Program-made: the position numbers and the translations under genes
Source of the DNA: Eledone cirrhosa
Taxonomy: Eukaryota
NCBI GenBank assembly: GCA_964016885.1
Contig: OZ024741.1
Coordinates: forward strand, 17,298,001-17,362,000
Length of the DNA: 64,000 nt
Direction: 5' to 3'
Shown here: positions 23,511 through 35,099 of the stretch, one piece after another
How the letters are laid out: every line of letters begins with the position of its first letter
How positions within the stretch are numbered: the stretch's first letter is position 1
The notes under the pieces: generated by a model
What the model saw: only the letters and a program-made list of their open reading frames with translations
Database searches by the model: none
Told to the model about the DNA's origin: nothing

Positions 23511-23853
23511 GCTGCCAAGAAAGAAATTTTTCGGCAAAAATAGATATTTATTTTACCCCCTAAAAAGGGGGTAAATGCAAAAATGTTTCCCTAAATAACA
23601 GGGGTTAGTGTTCCAAATGTGTTGCACTAAAAAATTTATCCGGTACTTACAATAGTAAGGGTAAATCCCGATGGAATAGCGGAGCCGATGCGAAGCGTGT
23701 CTTACTCTATCAAGATAGATAGATAGATAGAGAGATACATAGATAGATATATAGATAGATACACAGACAGGCAGATGTATAGACAGATAGTTAGATATAT
23801 AGATGGATAGATAGAGAGAGAGAGAGATAGATAGAGAGATAGAGAGATAGATA

Positions 23854-24500
23854 AATTTCTTTATTAGCCCCAAGGGCACAAAAGAAGGGGACAAATACAA
23901 ATGGGGAGTTTACATACAGGCATATGAAAATAAAACTATTAACAAAATAACACATAACAATTGAAATCCCCAATAGGGGGAGGTGTTACACAGGGGTTGT
24001 ACACACCCCGAAAAAATGTACAACCCTCATCTCCAGGAGCACCAAGAACGGGTACTCCCTTCCTCTCTTCCTCTTTTTCCTCAACCTACAGGCTTATATA
24101 GAGAGAAGGCCCAACCACTCGGGCCATCTTTGCCACATTCACCCACCTTTTATAAACTTTGCTGGGGTACAGCACCTCTCTCTCCATCCTGATTCTTCTT
24201 CCAAAATGATATTTGAAAAAACGAATCAGTTGCTCGCCGGAGAGAAAGGTGTCTGACCTCAGCCCTTTTAACCTCGTCCACCATATAACCTCTTTCATCA
24301 TAGCCATAACACATAGGAAAACCGCCTCTCCCTCGTTTTTGAAGGATGGTGGCTGTTTGATCATGACAATGGACTCGGTGGTCAATTGGATTGGTCCCAC
24401 CCGCGACAATAGTCGTTCTACATAGCCCCACAGGTCGGTAACGCCCGGGCAGTGTACAAATGCGTGCGCGACGGTTTCCTCGTCGCGCACGCATCTCGGA
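23854..24500 (-). mobile_element. 5'-truncated Tx1 relative (diverged subfamily)
   Basis: PRCVRDEETVAHAFVHCPG...GPSLYISL plus 3'UTR; (GATA)n on both sides. Confidence 0.9.
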
Positions 24501-24510
24501 TAGATAGATA

Positions 24511-24552
24511 ACTTTCTTTTTATTTGCCACCAGGGCATCAAAAGTGGGACAT
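24511..24552 (-). mobile_element. extreme 3' stub of a Tx1 element
   Basis: tttatttgccaccagggc...gggaca matches the family 3' end; ggatagatagata repeated at 24498-24510 and 24553-24565. Confidence 0.7.
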
Positions 24553-24623
24553 GGATAGATAGATAGAAGTGTGTATGAAGTTAAGTGAACAGGGAACAGT
24601 GAAAAGGACTGTCACTGATCATT

Positions 24624-24920
24624 GTTGTAGTGGTGGTGGTGGTGGTGGTGATGTGGGGTGGTGTGATGTGGGGTGGTGTGATGTGGGGTGGTGGTGATGT
24701 GGTGTGATGTGGGGTGGTGATGTGGGGTGGTGGTGTGGTGATGTGGTGTGGTGATGTGGTGTGGTGTGGTGTGTGGTGATGTGGTGTGGTGTGGGGTGCT
24801 GTGATGTGGGGTGGTGTGGGGTGGTGTGGGTGGGATGGTGTAGAGTGGTGGTGTGGGGTGGTGTGGTGTAGAGTGGTGGTGTGGGGTGGAGTGGGGTGGT
24901 GTGGTGTCATTGTTGTTGTT
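24624..24920. repeat. degenerate (GTG/GTGTG)n simple repeat
   Basis: direct reading. Confidence 0.9.
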
Positions 24921-25178
24921 GCTGAAAGGTTTATTGTTTTCAGAGCAACATGTGGTTATAATACACACACTTTCATATATCTATATCTATATCTATATGT
25001 GTGCGTGTATATATATATTTACATACATATATACACATACAATATCTATCACTCACATATGTGTGTGTGTGTGTACTTATACAAGTATGCGTGTGTGTGT
25101 TGGGCCTCCGTCGGTTCTGACTTCGACGATTCCACTTGTTCGAACCATGGAATAGAAAGACAGACAGACATATAGATA

Positions 25179-25537
25179 TGTTTCTTTATTAGCCACAGGG
25201 GCACAAAAGAAGGGGACAAATACAAAGGGGGAAGTTTACATACAATAAATACGTGTAAAATATCACAAATACAATTTAAAAGTTAATCGATTTTCCCCAA
25301 TAGGGGGAGACATTACATATGGGTAACACATACCCCCGAAAAAATATGTGCAACCCTAATCTCCAGGAGTACGAAGAGTTTGTACCCCTTTCCTCTCTTC
25401 CTCTTTTTCCTCAACCTACAGGCTGATATAGAGAGAAGGCCCATTCACTCGGGCCATTCTCGCCACTTTCACCCACCTTTCATAAAACTTGCTGGGGTAC
25501 AGCACCTCTCTTTCCATCCTGATTCTTTTTCTAAAGT
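25179..25537 (-). mobile_element. 5'-truncated Tx1 relative
   Basis: HFRKRIRMEREVL...GPSLYISL plus 3'UTR; 16-bp TSD gacagacatatagata at 25163-25178 and 25538-25553. Confidence 0.88.
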
Positions 25538-25560
25538 GACAGACATATAGATAGATAGAC

Positions 25561-25815
25561 TGCCTTCTCATGAAAATAATGTCCACGTGGCCGAGCATTC
25601 CACAATCACGTGTAGAATTAACGTAGTTCTCAGGGAGATTCAGTGTAATACAGTATGTAACAATGCTGGTTTCTTAGAATTACCTCCCTTTATGGTCTGA
25701 GTTCAAATCCCGTCGAGGTTAACTTTGCCTTTCATCCTTACGGGGTCGATAAAATAAAGTACCAGTAATACACTGAGTAATTGCTGGCCTTCTGCCACAA
25801 GTAGAAACAATTATT
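25561..25815 (+). mobile_element. SINE fragments (two families joined)
   Basis: matches 675-730 and 33381-33480; B-box-like gagttcaaatccc followed by tttgcctttcatccttacggggtcgataaaataaagtaccag. Confidence 0.65.
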
Positions 25816-25875
25816 TTACGCATACCTATATACACACTTCTCAAAACATTACTATTTATGTAAACAACAACATAT

Positions 25876-26196
25876 ACACACACGTACATACACACATCCT
25901 TACACACGTACATACACACATCCTTACACACGTACATACACACATCCTTACACACGTACATACACACATCCTTACACACGTACATCCACACATCCTTACA
26001 CACGTACATACACACATCCTTACACACGTACATACACACATCCTTACACACGTACATCCACACATCCTTACACACGTACATACACACACGCTTACACACG
26101 TACATACACACATCCTTACATACGTACATACACACATCCTTACACACATACATACACACATCCTTACACACGTACATACACACAAGCTTACACACA
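25876..26196. repeat. 24-bp minisatellite (acacacgtacatacacacatcctt), about 13 copies
   Basis: direct reading; CKDVCMYV periodicity in the ORF track. Confidence 0.92.
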
Positions 26197-26640
26197 TTTA
26201 TGTGTGTACATATAATCTAATATGTGTTAGCTATATTTGTGTGTGTGTGTGTGCTAACACCTGTAGAGCGCTTGCGTCTGTGTGTGTGTGTATGTGTCTG
26301 TGTCTGTGTGTGTGTGTGTGTGTGAGTGTGTGTGTGTGTGTGACACTACTATATGTGTAGAAGCACCTGTAGCGCATATATATATATACAATATATAGAG
26401 AGAAACACACAGATACATGCGGACACATACATATACATGAATATATCCACATATATCCCTGAGTTAGTGGTGCCAACCTCAACCGATGTTGCTCTATGAA
26501 TAACTGGGACAAACCAATCCGAATGGATTAGACTGATTCAGTATCAGAGCTATATAGTAGATTATGAAGAGAGAAGAAACATTAGATATAATTAGTAATA
26601 AGATATATCATACCTATATCTTATTATTAATTATATCTTG

Positions 26641-26810
26641 ATGTGTTGTTTCCTTGAGCAAGACACTTTATTTCACATTGCTCCAGTTTACTTGAGTTCA
26701 AATCCCGCCGAGGTTAACTTTGCCTTTCATCCTTACGGGGTCGATAAAATAAAGTACCAGTAATGCACTGGGTAATTGCTGGCCTTGTGCCTAAAGTAGA
26801 AACAATTATT
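26641..26810 (+). mobile_element. tRNA-derived SINE fragments
   Basis: tgtttccttgagcaagacactttatttcac, then gagttcaaatcccgccgagg and the body shared with other copies. Confidence 0.65.
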
Positions 26811-26844
26811 AATTATATCTAATGTTTCTTCTCTCTTCATAATG

Positions 26845-26847
26845 TAT

Positions 26848-26884
<37 letters not shown>

Positions 26885-27280
26885 ATGTGTGCGTGTGTGT
26901 GTGCGTGTAGATATGTGTGTATATTGAGTGCGTTTGGAGGCGTTTTTAGTGTGTGTCTGTGTATAAGCGCATTGTACTTGTGTGTATGTATATATGTTCG
27001 ATCGTATTTGTGTGTGTATATATAGTGTGTAATATTAGTACGTGTGTAGTATCTGTGTGTGTGTTTGCCTGTATGTATTGCATGAGTGTGTGTACCTCTC
27101 TGTTGGGTGTGTGTGGGTGTATGTAGTGTATATTTATGTGTACGTATGCACTGTATCATGTTTGTCATGTGTGTGAATAATGGGTTTCTAGTCGAGTGTA
27201 CTTGTACAGATGTGTGTATATATGTATATATGTATATATGTATATATACATATATATATATACATATATATATCTATATC

Positions 27281-27311
<31 letters not shown>

Positions 27312-27695
27312 TAGGAGGCCTTGGAAAGATGTATGTATATATTTCTGTGAGTGTTTATATGTGTATGTATGAGCGCGCACCTGTGACATACTTTGTGTGT
27401 GTGTGCGTGTGTGCGTGCGCGTGCGCGCGCGTGTGTGTGTGTGTGTGTTTCTACATGTGTGTAACATTATGCAAGTGTCTGTATAGTCTGAATGAGTACA
27501 CACAGTGTGTGTAGTGAGTGTGTGCATGTTAAATTGCCCGCGTTCCCACATGTCTCCGTAAAGTGCTTTAGTGTGTGTGTATGTGAGTTTGTGTGAGTGT
27601 GTGTGTATGTGTCTGTGTTTCTATGTGTGTGACTATGCCAGTGCCTATATATTCTATATGAGTATACACAGTGTGGCATGTGTGTGTGTGTGTGT

Positions 27696-27744
<49 letters not shown>

Positions 27745-28022
27745 TGTATGTGGGAGCTTGCCCCTGTAGCCAGCTGTATACGTCTGTGTCTGGGAGCGCA
27801 CCTGTAAAATATTTGTACATCTATCTGTAGGTGTATGTTTGTGTGTTTGTGCATGTGTGTGTCTGTGTGTGTGTGTGTGTGCATGTGTGTGTGTATGTGC
27901 GTATGTTCGTGCATGTGTATGTGTGTGTATGTTCGTGCATGTGTATATGTGTGAGTGTGTGCGTGTTCGTGCATTCGTGTGTTAGTGCATATGTACGTGT
28001 GTGTATGTGTGTGCGCGCGTGG
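26845..28022. repeat. mixed (GT)n/(TA)n low-complexity region
   Basis: direct reading. Confidence 0.85.
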
Positions 28023-28879
28023 GTCTCATTTGGATCCAAGTCAGCTCTAGATGTGTTGATCTATAATTTAAAGTATTCCATCCATGACCATCACTTAGTT
28101 ACATAAAATATAATATCCAACGAATCCTTCCTTAAAAAAACGATCAGTTAAATGTAAGGCAGATTTAGCTGCTATTTCTAACATGCTGTACGACCACTCT
28201 CTTGTGTCTGTGTGTTCGTGTTGGAGTAATCTCTCGCTACTTCAACTAAATGACACGGTTTCACTTCTGAGTCACAGCCAAGGGAATGATTAAACTTATT
28301 GTTTGTGCGGCAACGGAGGTGGATTGGCAGAATCGGTAGAGGGTCGGATACCATGTTTTGTGACATAATTACAGCACTTTACGTTCTCGCAATTAAGCTG
28401 GTGTTTGGGGCATAACTTAACAGTGTCTAACAAAAAATGATGATGGAAGCCTGTTAAGTATAAAACATAGAAACAGGGTTGGGTTGGTTTGGTATATAAA
28501 AGGTACGTGGATTAGTGACTTTAGTCTATAAATAGAATCATTAGAACATCTGACTGATAAAATGATAAGTCAGTCAATCATATTAGTGGCCTCCCCACAG
28601 CCCCGGGGGACAGAATGGAGAAGGTGTTTCCCCGGAGGACGGCAAGGGAGACGCGCTGGAAAAGCCACTCCAACTCGCGGGGCTCACACCTGCGGCTGGC
28701 CAGCTCAGCGCCTATGGTGGTGAGTAGGGAGGTAGCCCTAGGGCCGAGGATACAGAATTACTAAAGTTGCTACTTTTACAACTAGTAATTTGTATTCTTT
28801 AGTTTTCCTTACTAACCCTCATCTTCAATACAGTCCCCTACGTTTCCTGCTTTTCAGTGCCCTTCATGAGACCTCTAGC

Positions 28880-28920
28880 ACACCCAGTGGTACCGGTAGC
28901 GCCCACTTTGGGAATCACTG
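28880..28920. mobile_element. possible single terminus of a hAT (Charlie-like) DNA transposon
   Basis: cccactttgggaatcactg is the reverse complement of CAGTGATTCCCAAAGTGGG; it is followed by ctctacat; no partner TIR seen. Confidence 0.4.
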
Positions 28921-29269
28921 CTCTACATAGTCGTTTAACCAGCTAAAGATAGCAGCTAAGTATCGCCCAAATCACACCCCACTGTCTTAAAAGTAAAACT
29001 AAGAATATACTGGTTATGAAGAGGGGTGACCGTGTAAAGAACGCTGGAACGGCCACACATGTTGCATCATTGAGCACATGGTTCCTTTGTATGTTGGATC
29101 TAGGGATGGGAAAAACTTCTTTGACCACTGCCCAGTTATCGTCTAAGTCCACTTCCCCCGTGTCACTATAAAATGTATGTGTGTGTATATCTTTGTGTTT
29201 ATGGATGTGCCTGTCGGTGTATGCATGTATTGGTAACTTTGATAACTTTGATAAGTTTCGGAAAGTATT

Positions 29270-29760
29270 GGCCCAGGCCATGTCTAACTTAATAGCACCA
29301 CCTGGCGAAGTCTTACAAATCAGGATTTGGGCACCATGCCGACTCGAGCAGAGAGTTATTGTTTACGGAGGCATATCCGGGTGTAGGAGGCTTATCCGGG
29401 ATTTCTTGAAGGGATTTGTCCAAAGACTTCTTGAACTTGATGGGGTCTGTTTCTGCTTTGATGTGTCTTGGTGTAATGTTAAAGAGTGCAGGGCCAATTG
29501 AGGTGAAATAATTGTGCCGTATTGTTATTATGAGATGCGAGTGAGATTTTTGTCGTGGGAGGATAGCACGGGGCCCAACCTTGGGTGTACATTAAAGGTG
29601 ATGCCAACATCATTTGGGCAAAGCTGATGGAATATTTTCCATATCATGTAGATAATGTAGCGTTCACGGCGACGTTGGAGAGAATAAAGATTGAGCTTTT
29701 CTAATTGACTCCAATAGTCAAGGCCTGTCATGCCATCTATCTTTTTTAGTATGTACTTTG
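29270..29760 (-). mobile_element. decayed 3' fragment of a CR1-group LINE
   Basis: TKKIDGMTGLDYWSQLEKLNLYSLQRRRERYIIYMIWKI, typical of the post-RT region of CR1-like elements. Confidence 0.7.
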
Positions 29761-29922
29761 TGTATGAGTATATAGGTGTATATATATATATGCATACACA
29801 AATACACAGACACACACAGACACACACAGACACACACACACACACTCATATATATATGTATGTGTATATATGTATATATACATATATATACATAAATATA
29901 TGTGTATGTATATACGCCTACA

Positions 29923-30810
29923 TATTGTAGGTACATTATCTTATGCCTTTTTTATCTACAAATTATCTTTTCTAGGGTTTGTATTAACCGTTATTAAGCT
30001 GTTGGTAAACCGTTAGGTTGCTTAATTTTAAGAGTTTACCAACAGCTTAATAACGGTTAATACAAACCCTAGAAAAGATAATTTGTAGATAAAAATGCAT
30101 AAGAAATTATACCTACAATAACAACATAGCCAGTAATTCGGTGGAATTTACATTTAACAAACAAACACCTATTGACTATAAACGACTCAAAATAATCCCG
30201 TGGTTAATAGCTGTGAGTTACAAACAACATATACACATACGTACGAACTACAACACAAAAACACTTGAATGAAAATCACATATCCAACTCTATCACGTGC
30301 TTTACATTACACCTTACATAACAAATACCTACATTATCACCACATGCCTCTCTAACAACTTGCACATTGTCTTAAACATTTCTAACAAATATAACATGCT
30401 TTAACACCCCCCACAAAATATGTTTATTTCAACTGTATTATAACTCTTTCCTCATACATGCCTTATTGACTGTATTGACTCCTGCATTGTACACCAATTG
30501 TCCTTGCTTATAACTTTTTTTCCCTGAATATTTTTTTTGCCTGTGCTTTTCACTTATACCTCTTACACTCTCAACCAGCGCTGCCTGTAATTGTGTTCTC
30601 TCAAGCAAAACATCTTTTTAACTCCTGACTCTCCACATGATGCATATGACACTATCAACAATTATGTACCCTAAATGTTCTGAATGACTAAGATTTTAGT
30701 CACACGTTTCAACATTCCCTATGCTCTGATGATTCCAGAATTCCCCCTGGAAGAAACAATTCTCAGCAAATAAATGTTCTAAACTAAAATTTGATCGTTA
30801 TAACATTTTG
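29923..30810 (+). mobile_element. Penelope-like remnant with a 5' fold-back palindrome and a 3' hammerhead motif, ending at (TA)n
   Basis: inverted arms 29923-30010 / 30034-30120; hammerhead at 30722-30768; no RT or GIY-YIG recognised. Confidence 0.55.
30722..30768 (+). ncRNA. minimal type I hammerhead ribozyme motif (stem III mismatch)
   Basis: tgct CTGATGA ttccag-loop-ctggaa GAAA c-aatt-c TC agca. Confidence 0.7.
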
Positions 30811-30890
<80 letters not shown>

Positions 30891-31091
30891 AATATATACA
30901 TGTATATACAACCCAGCCAGCTCCCCTCAACTAATAAAACTATATAACCCATCAATCTAAGCCCCGCCGATGCTGTCACCCATCCTAATCCTACTTACCT
31001 TCCATCTTCTACCTATATATTACGCCTTAAAGGCTGACAATAATCCCACACAGAGAGACGGAGAGATGGATATATATATATATATATATAT

Positions 31092-31277
31092 GAAAAAGTA
31101 TGGCCCCGACGGCAGAGCTCAAGCCGTTTCGACGGCTATTTCAGGACTCAAATAGCCGTCGAAACGGCTTGAGCTCTGCCGTCGGGGTCATACTTTTTCC
31201 CATTTCCCACTCTACTACCTTAAGTATTGAGTACTCTGGTGCGTTATGGTCCATCTGGTTCCTTACCACACTTCCTT

Positions 31278-31280
<3 letters not shown>
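31092..31280 (+). mobile_element. Penelope-like pLTR stub: 50-bp-arm palindrome containing the 3' half of a hammerhead, between (TA)n tracts
   Basis: arms 31092-31141 / 31150-31199; right arm reads stem II-GAAA-cggc..gccg-TC-gggg. Confidence 0.6.
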
Positions 31281-31346
<66 letters not shown>

Positions 31347-31639
31347 TGGGAGAGATAGAGAGAGTGTGTGAGAGGGAGAGAGAGAGAGAGGGGGCGAGAG
31401 AGAGAGAGAGATAGAGAGAGAGAGAGAAGCAGATCCCTGCAGTTCTAGACTACACCTGCCCCACTATAATTTACAGGTAGGTATCCATTACCTGAGGTTC
31501 CTACTCAACATCCACCGTATCATTGTCACCAGTGTGGGAGTCACCTAAACAGACAAGGCCACTCTATCTTCACCACTAAATTAACACACCTTCACACCTT
31601 CACACCTTCACACCTTCACACCTTCATATGCAATACTCA

Positions 31640-33275
31640 CATATATGTGTCTATATGTGTATGTATTTATATATATCTATATCCACATATATATGTCTAT
31701 ATGTGTATGTATTTATATATATCTATATCCACATATATATGTCTATATGTGTATGTATTTATATATATATCTATATCCATATATATGTCTATATGTGTAT
31801 GTATTTATATATATATCTATATCCACATATATGTCTATATGTGTATGTATTTATATATATATCTATATCCACATATATGTCTATATGTGTATTTATATAT
31901 ATATCTATATCCACATATATATGTCTATATGTGTATGTATTTATATATACATCTATATCCACATATATATGTCTATATGTGTATGTATTTATATATATAT
32001 CTATATCCACACATATATGTCTATATGTGTATGTATTTATATATATATCTATATCCACATATATGTCTATATGTGTATTTATATATATCTATATCCACAT
32101 ATATGTCTATATCTGTATGTATTTATATATATATCTATATCCACATATGTGTCTATATCTGTATGTATTTATATATATATCTATATCCACATATATGTCT
32201 ATATGTGTATTTATATATATATCTATATCCACATATGTGTCTATATGTGTATTTATATATATATCTATATCCACATATGTGTCTATATGTGTATGTATTT
32301 ATATATATATCTATATCCACATATATGTCTATATGTGTATTTATATATATATCTATATCCACATATATGTCTATATGTGTATTTATATATACATCTATAT
32401 CCACATATATATGTCTATATCTGTATGTATTTATATATATATATCTATATCCATATATATGTCTATATGTGTATATATTTATATATATATCTATATCCAC
32501 ATATGTGTCTATATGTGTATGTATTTATATATATATCTATATCCACATATATGTCTATATGTGTATGTATTTATATATATATCTATATCCACATATATGT
32601 CTATATGTGTATATATTTATATATATATCTATATCCACATATATGTCTATATGTGTATGTATTTATATATATATCTATATCCACATATATGTCTATATGT
32701 GTATATATTTATATATATATCTATATCCATATATATGTCTATATGTGTATGTATTTATATATATATCTATATCCACATATGTGTCTATATGTGTATTTAT
32801 ATATATATCTATATCCACACATGTGTCTATATGTGTATGTATTTATATATATATCTATATCCATATATATGTCTATATCTGTATGTATTTATATATATAT
32901 CTATATCCATATATATGTCTATATGTGTATGTATTTATATATATATCTATATCCATATATATGTCTATATCTGTATGTATTTATATATATCTATATCCAC
33001 ATATATGTCTATATCTGTATGTATTTATATATATCTATATACACATATATGTCTATATGTGTATGTATATATATATCTATATCCACATATGTGTCTATAT
33101 GTGTATGTATTTATATATCTATCTATATCCACATATGTGTCTATATCTGTATGTATTTATATATATATATATCTATATCCACATATATGTCTATATGTGT
33201 ATGTATTTATATATATCTATATCCACATATATGTCTATATCTGTATGTATTTGTATATATATATCTATATCCATA
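31640..33275. repeat. AT-rich minisatellite, unit ~40-46 bp (atatgtctatatgtgtatgtatttatatatatatctatatccac)
   Basis: direct reading; roughly 35-40 units with variable TA runs. Confidence 0.93.
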
Positions 33276-33369
33276 ACTATTTATCTATATTTTAATATAT
33301 ATTTGTGAACATGTGTGTATATACACACGTTTGTTTTGTTATTTCTGTTTGCCATTTACACGCACACAC

Positions 33370-33500
33370 GTAATTCGCATGGCCAGCCTGGTCATATTCT
33401 GTGTCACGCTGGATCTCCCTGAGAACTACGTTAAGAATAAGCGTTTTTCTGGAATGCTCAGCCACTTGCACGTGAATTCCGAGAGAACTGTGTTCAGTTG
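33370..33500 (-). mobile_element. SINE fragment
   Basis: reverse complement of the family at 25585-25670. Confidence 0.6.
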
Positions 33501-33547
33501 ATCGTATATATATATATATATAGATTATATCACACCTAAATAGTGAG

Positions 33548-33597
33548 TCTTGTTACTCTGGAGTTTCGCCTATTTATCACAGGGTCATCTGACAAGA
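33548..33597 (-). ncRNA. degenerate hammerhead motif
   Basis: minus strand: tcttgt CAGATGA c-cct..agg-c GAAA ctc-ca-gag TA acaaga; core U changed to A. Confidence 0.55.
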
Positions 33598-34049
33598 ATA
33601 TTCAAACTCTACTTCGGTTTTGAGTATTCTTTTCTCGTCGTCAACCACATACGGATATATATATATATATATATTAAAAAATAGAGGTGTGACACACGAG
33701 TTGTGATATATTAGTAAAAAGGAAAAGAAAATGCTGACAAATTTTTCCCAGTGAAAAATAGTTTAATTAGGAATAAGTATAAATTAGTAATAAGTATTGG
33801 TTAGTATTCAGTTTTGGTTTTAAGTTTTTATCGGTTGCGCGTTTCTAATGCTTTTCAAAAATAATTTTGAGATAGAGCGCTCGTGATGTTTGCCTTTTTA
33901 CTAATATATATATATATGTAGACATTCTATTTAAATTGTTGGGATACAACAAGCAAATATTTTATCTGATGAAAGCACACCATAATTTAACTTGGTGTAT
34001 AATGAAATAAATATGGTTTTATAAATATAGATTCCATTTGTTAATATTG

Positions 34050-34111
<62 letters not shown>

Positions 34112-34330
34112 GGAAAACAACTTTGTTCTGTAATGAAACACAACCACCAACACAGCTGCTACTATCTTCACTACCACCTCTCTCTATTAACAAGAACTCA
34201 CTCTCCAACCCACTTTTGAGCAAGAAAGATGGAAGAAAACTCACTCCAACACTTGATTTTAATTTTACATCTTTAACTTTTAGTTTTTAACTCCTATTAA
34301 TTCTTTTTAATTTTTTATTTCAATACTCAA

Positions 34331-34374
34331 CATTTGATAAGATGAATTTTAGTAATACATCGAAACCGGTAATA
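34331..34374 (+). ncRNA. degenerate hammerhead motif
   Basis: TTGATAA gatg..catc GAAA ccgg TA; two core substitutions. Confidence 0.4.
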
Positions 34375-34525
34375 CTTTATATACTTTATACAACTTTTTT
34401 TAAAAGAATTGTCCCTCTCATTTTTTCAATAATGTCATCTTTTCAATAATGTCACTTTGACGAATCAAAGAAAGGATAAAAAAAGAAAAACAGACCCTTA
34501 AATATATTTTCCGTGCTATTTCCAG

Positions 34526-34568
<43 letters not shown>

Positions 34569-34570
34569 TA

Positions 34571-34608
<38 letters not shown>

Positions 34609-34737
34609 AATGTTCTAATTAAATTGTTGGGATACAACAAGCAAATATTTTTATAACTGTTATAAAGCACTCAACAAGTATTTGGAGTAAACATACGATA
34701 TTAACAAATGGAAACTATATTTATAAAACCATATCTA

Positions 34738-34798
34738 TTCTATTATACATATTTCAAGGACACCATGTTAAATTATGGTATGCTTTCATCAGATAAAA
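34738..34798 (-). ncRNA. minimal type I hammerhead ribozyme motif
   Basis: ttttat CTGATGA aagcataccat..atggtgtcctt GAAA t-atgt-a TA atagaa. Confidence 0.7.
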
Positions 34799-34906
34799 TA
34801 TAATATATATCGGTTTTATAAATAAATATTGACATACCCCCCTTACAAAATGCAACCATTACTGTTGGAAGACTCCGGGAGTCTTCCAACAGTAATGGTT
34901 GCATTC

Positions 34907-34967
34907 TTTTATCTGATGAAAGCATACCATAATTTAACATGGTGTCCTTGAAATATGTATAGTAGAA
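34907..34967 (+). ncRNA. minimal type I hammerhead ribozyme motif
   Basis: ttttat CTGATGA (34913-34919) stem II GAAA (34950-34953) t-atgt-a TA gtagaa. Confidence 0.7.
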
Positions 34968-35008
34968 TAGATATGGTTTTATAAATATAGTTTCCATTTG
35001 TTAATATC

Positions 35009-35076
<68 letters not shown>

Positions 35077-35099
35077 ACACACACACACATATATATATG

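Larger units (their letters stand above)
18009..23713 (-). mobile_element. full-length Tx1-clade LINE, copy 2 (intact ORFs)
   Basis: offset 5737-5738 bp from copy 1, with only a handful of substitutions; same 20-bp flank at 17989-18008 and 23726-23745. Confidence 0.95.
34693..35012. mobile_element. palindromic Penelope-like pLTR pair with two opposed hammerheads
   Basis: outer arms 34693-34798 / 34907-35012, inner arms 34849-34876 / 34878-34905; degenerate sibling at ~33920-34050. Confidence 0.7.

Noticed and set aside
25876-26196. CRISPR-like array
   Set aside because: Contiguous 24-bp units with no unique spacers, in a eukaryotic context.
31628-33308. Three ~550-aa plus-strand ORFs
   Set aside because: Translations of the minisatellite in all three frames.
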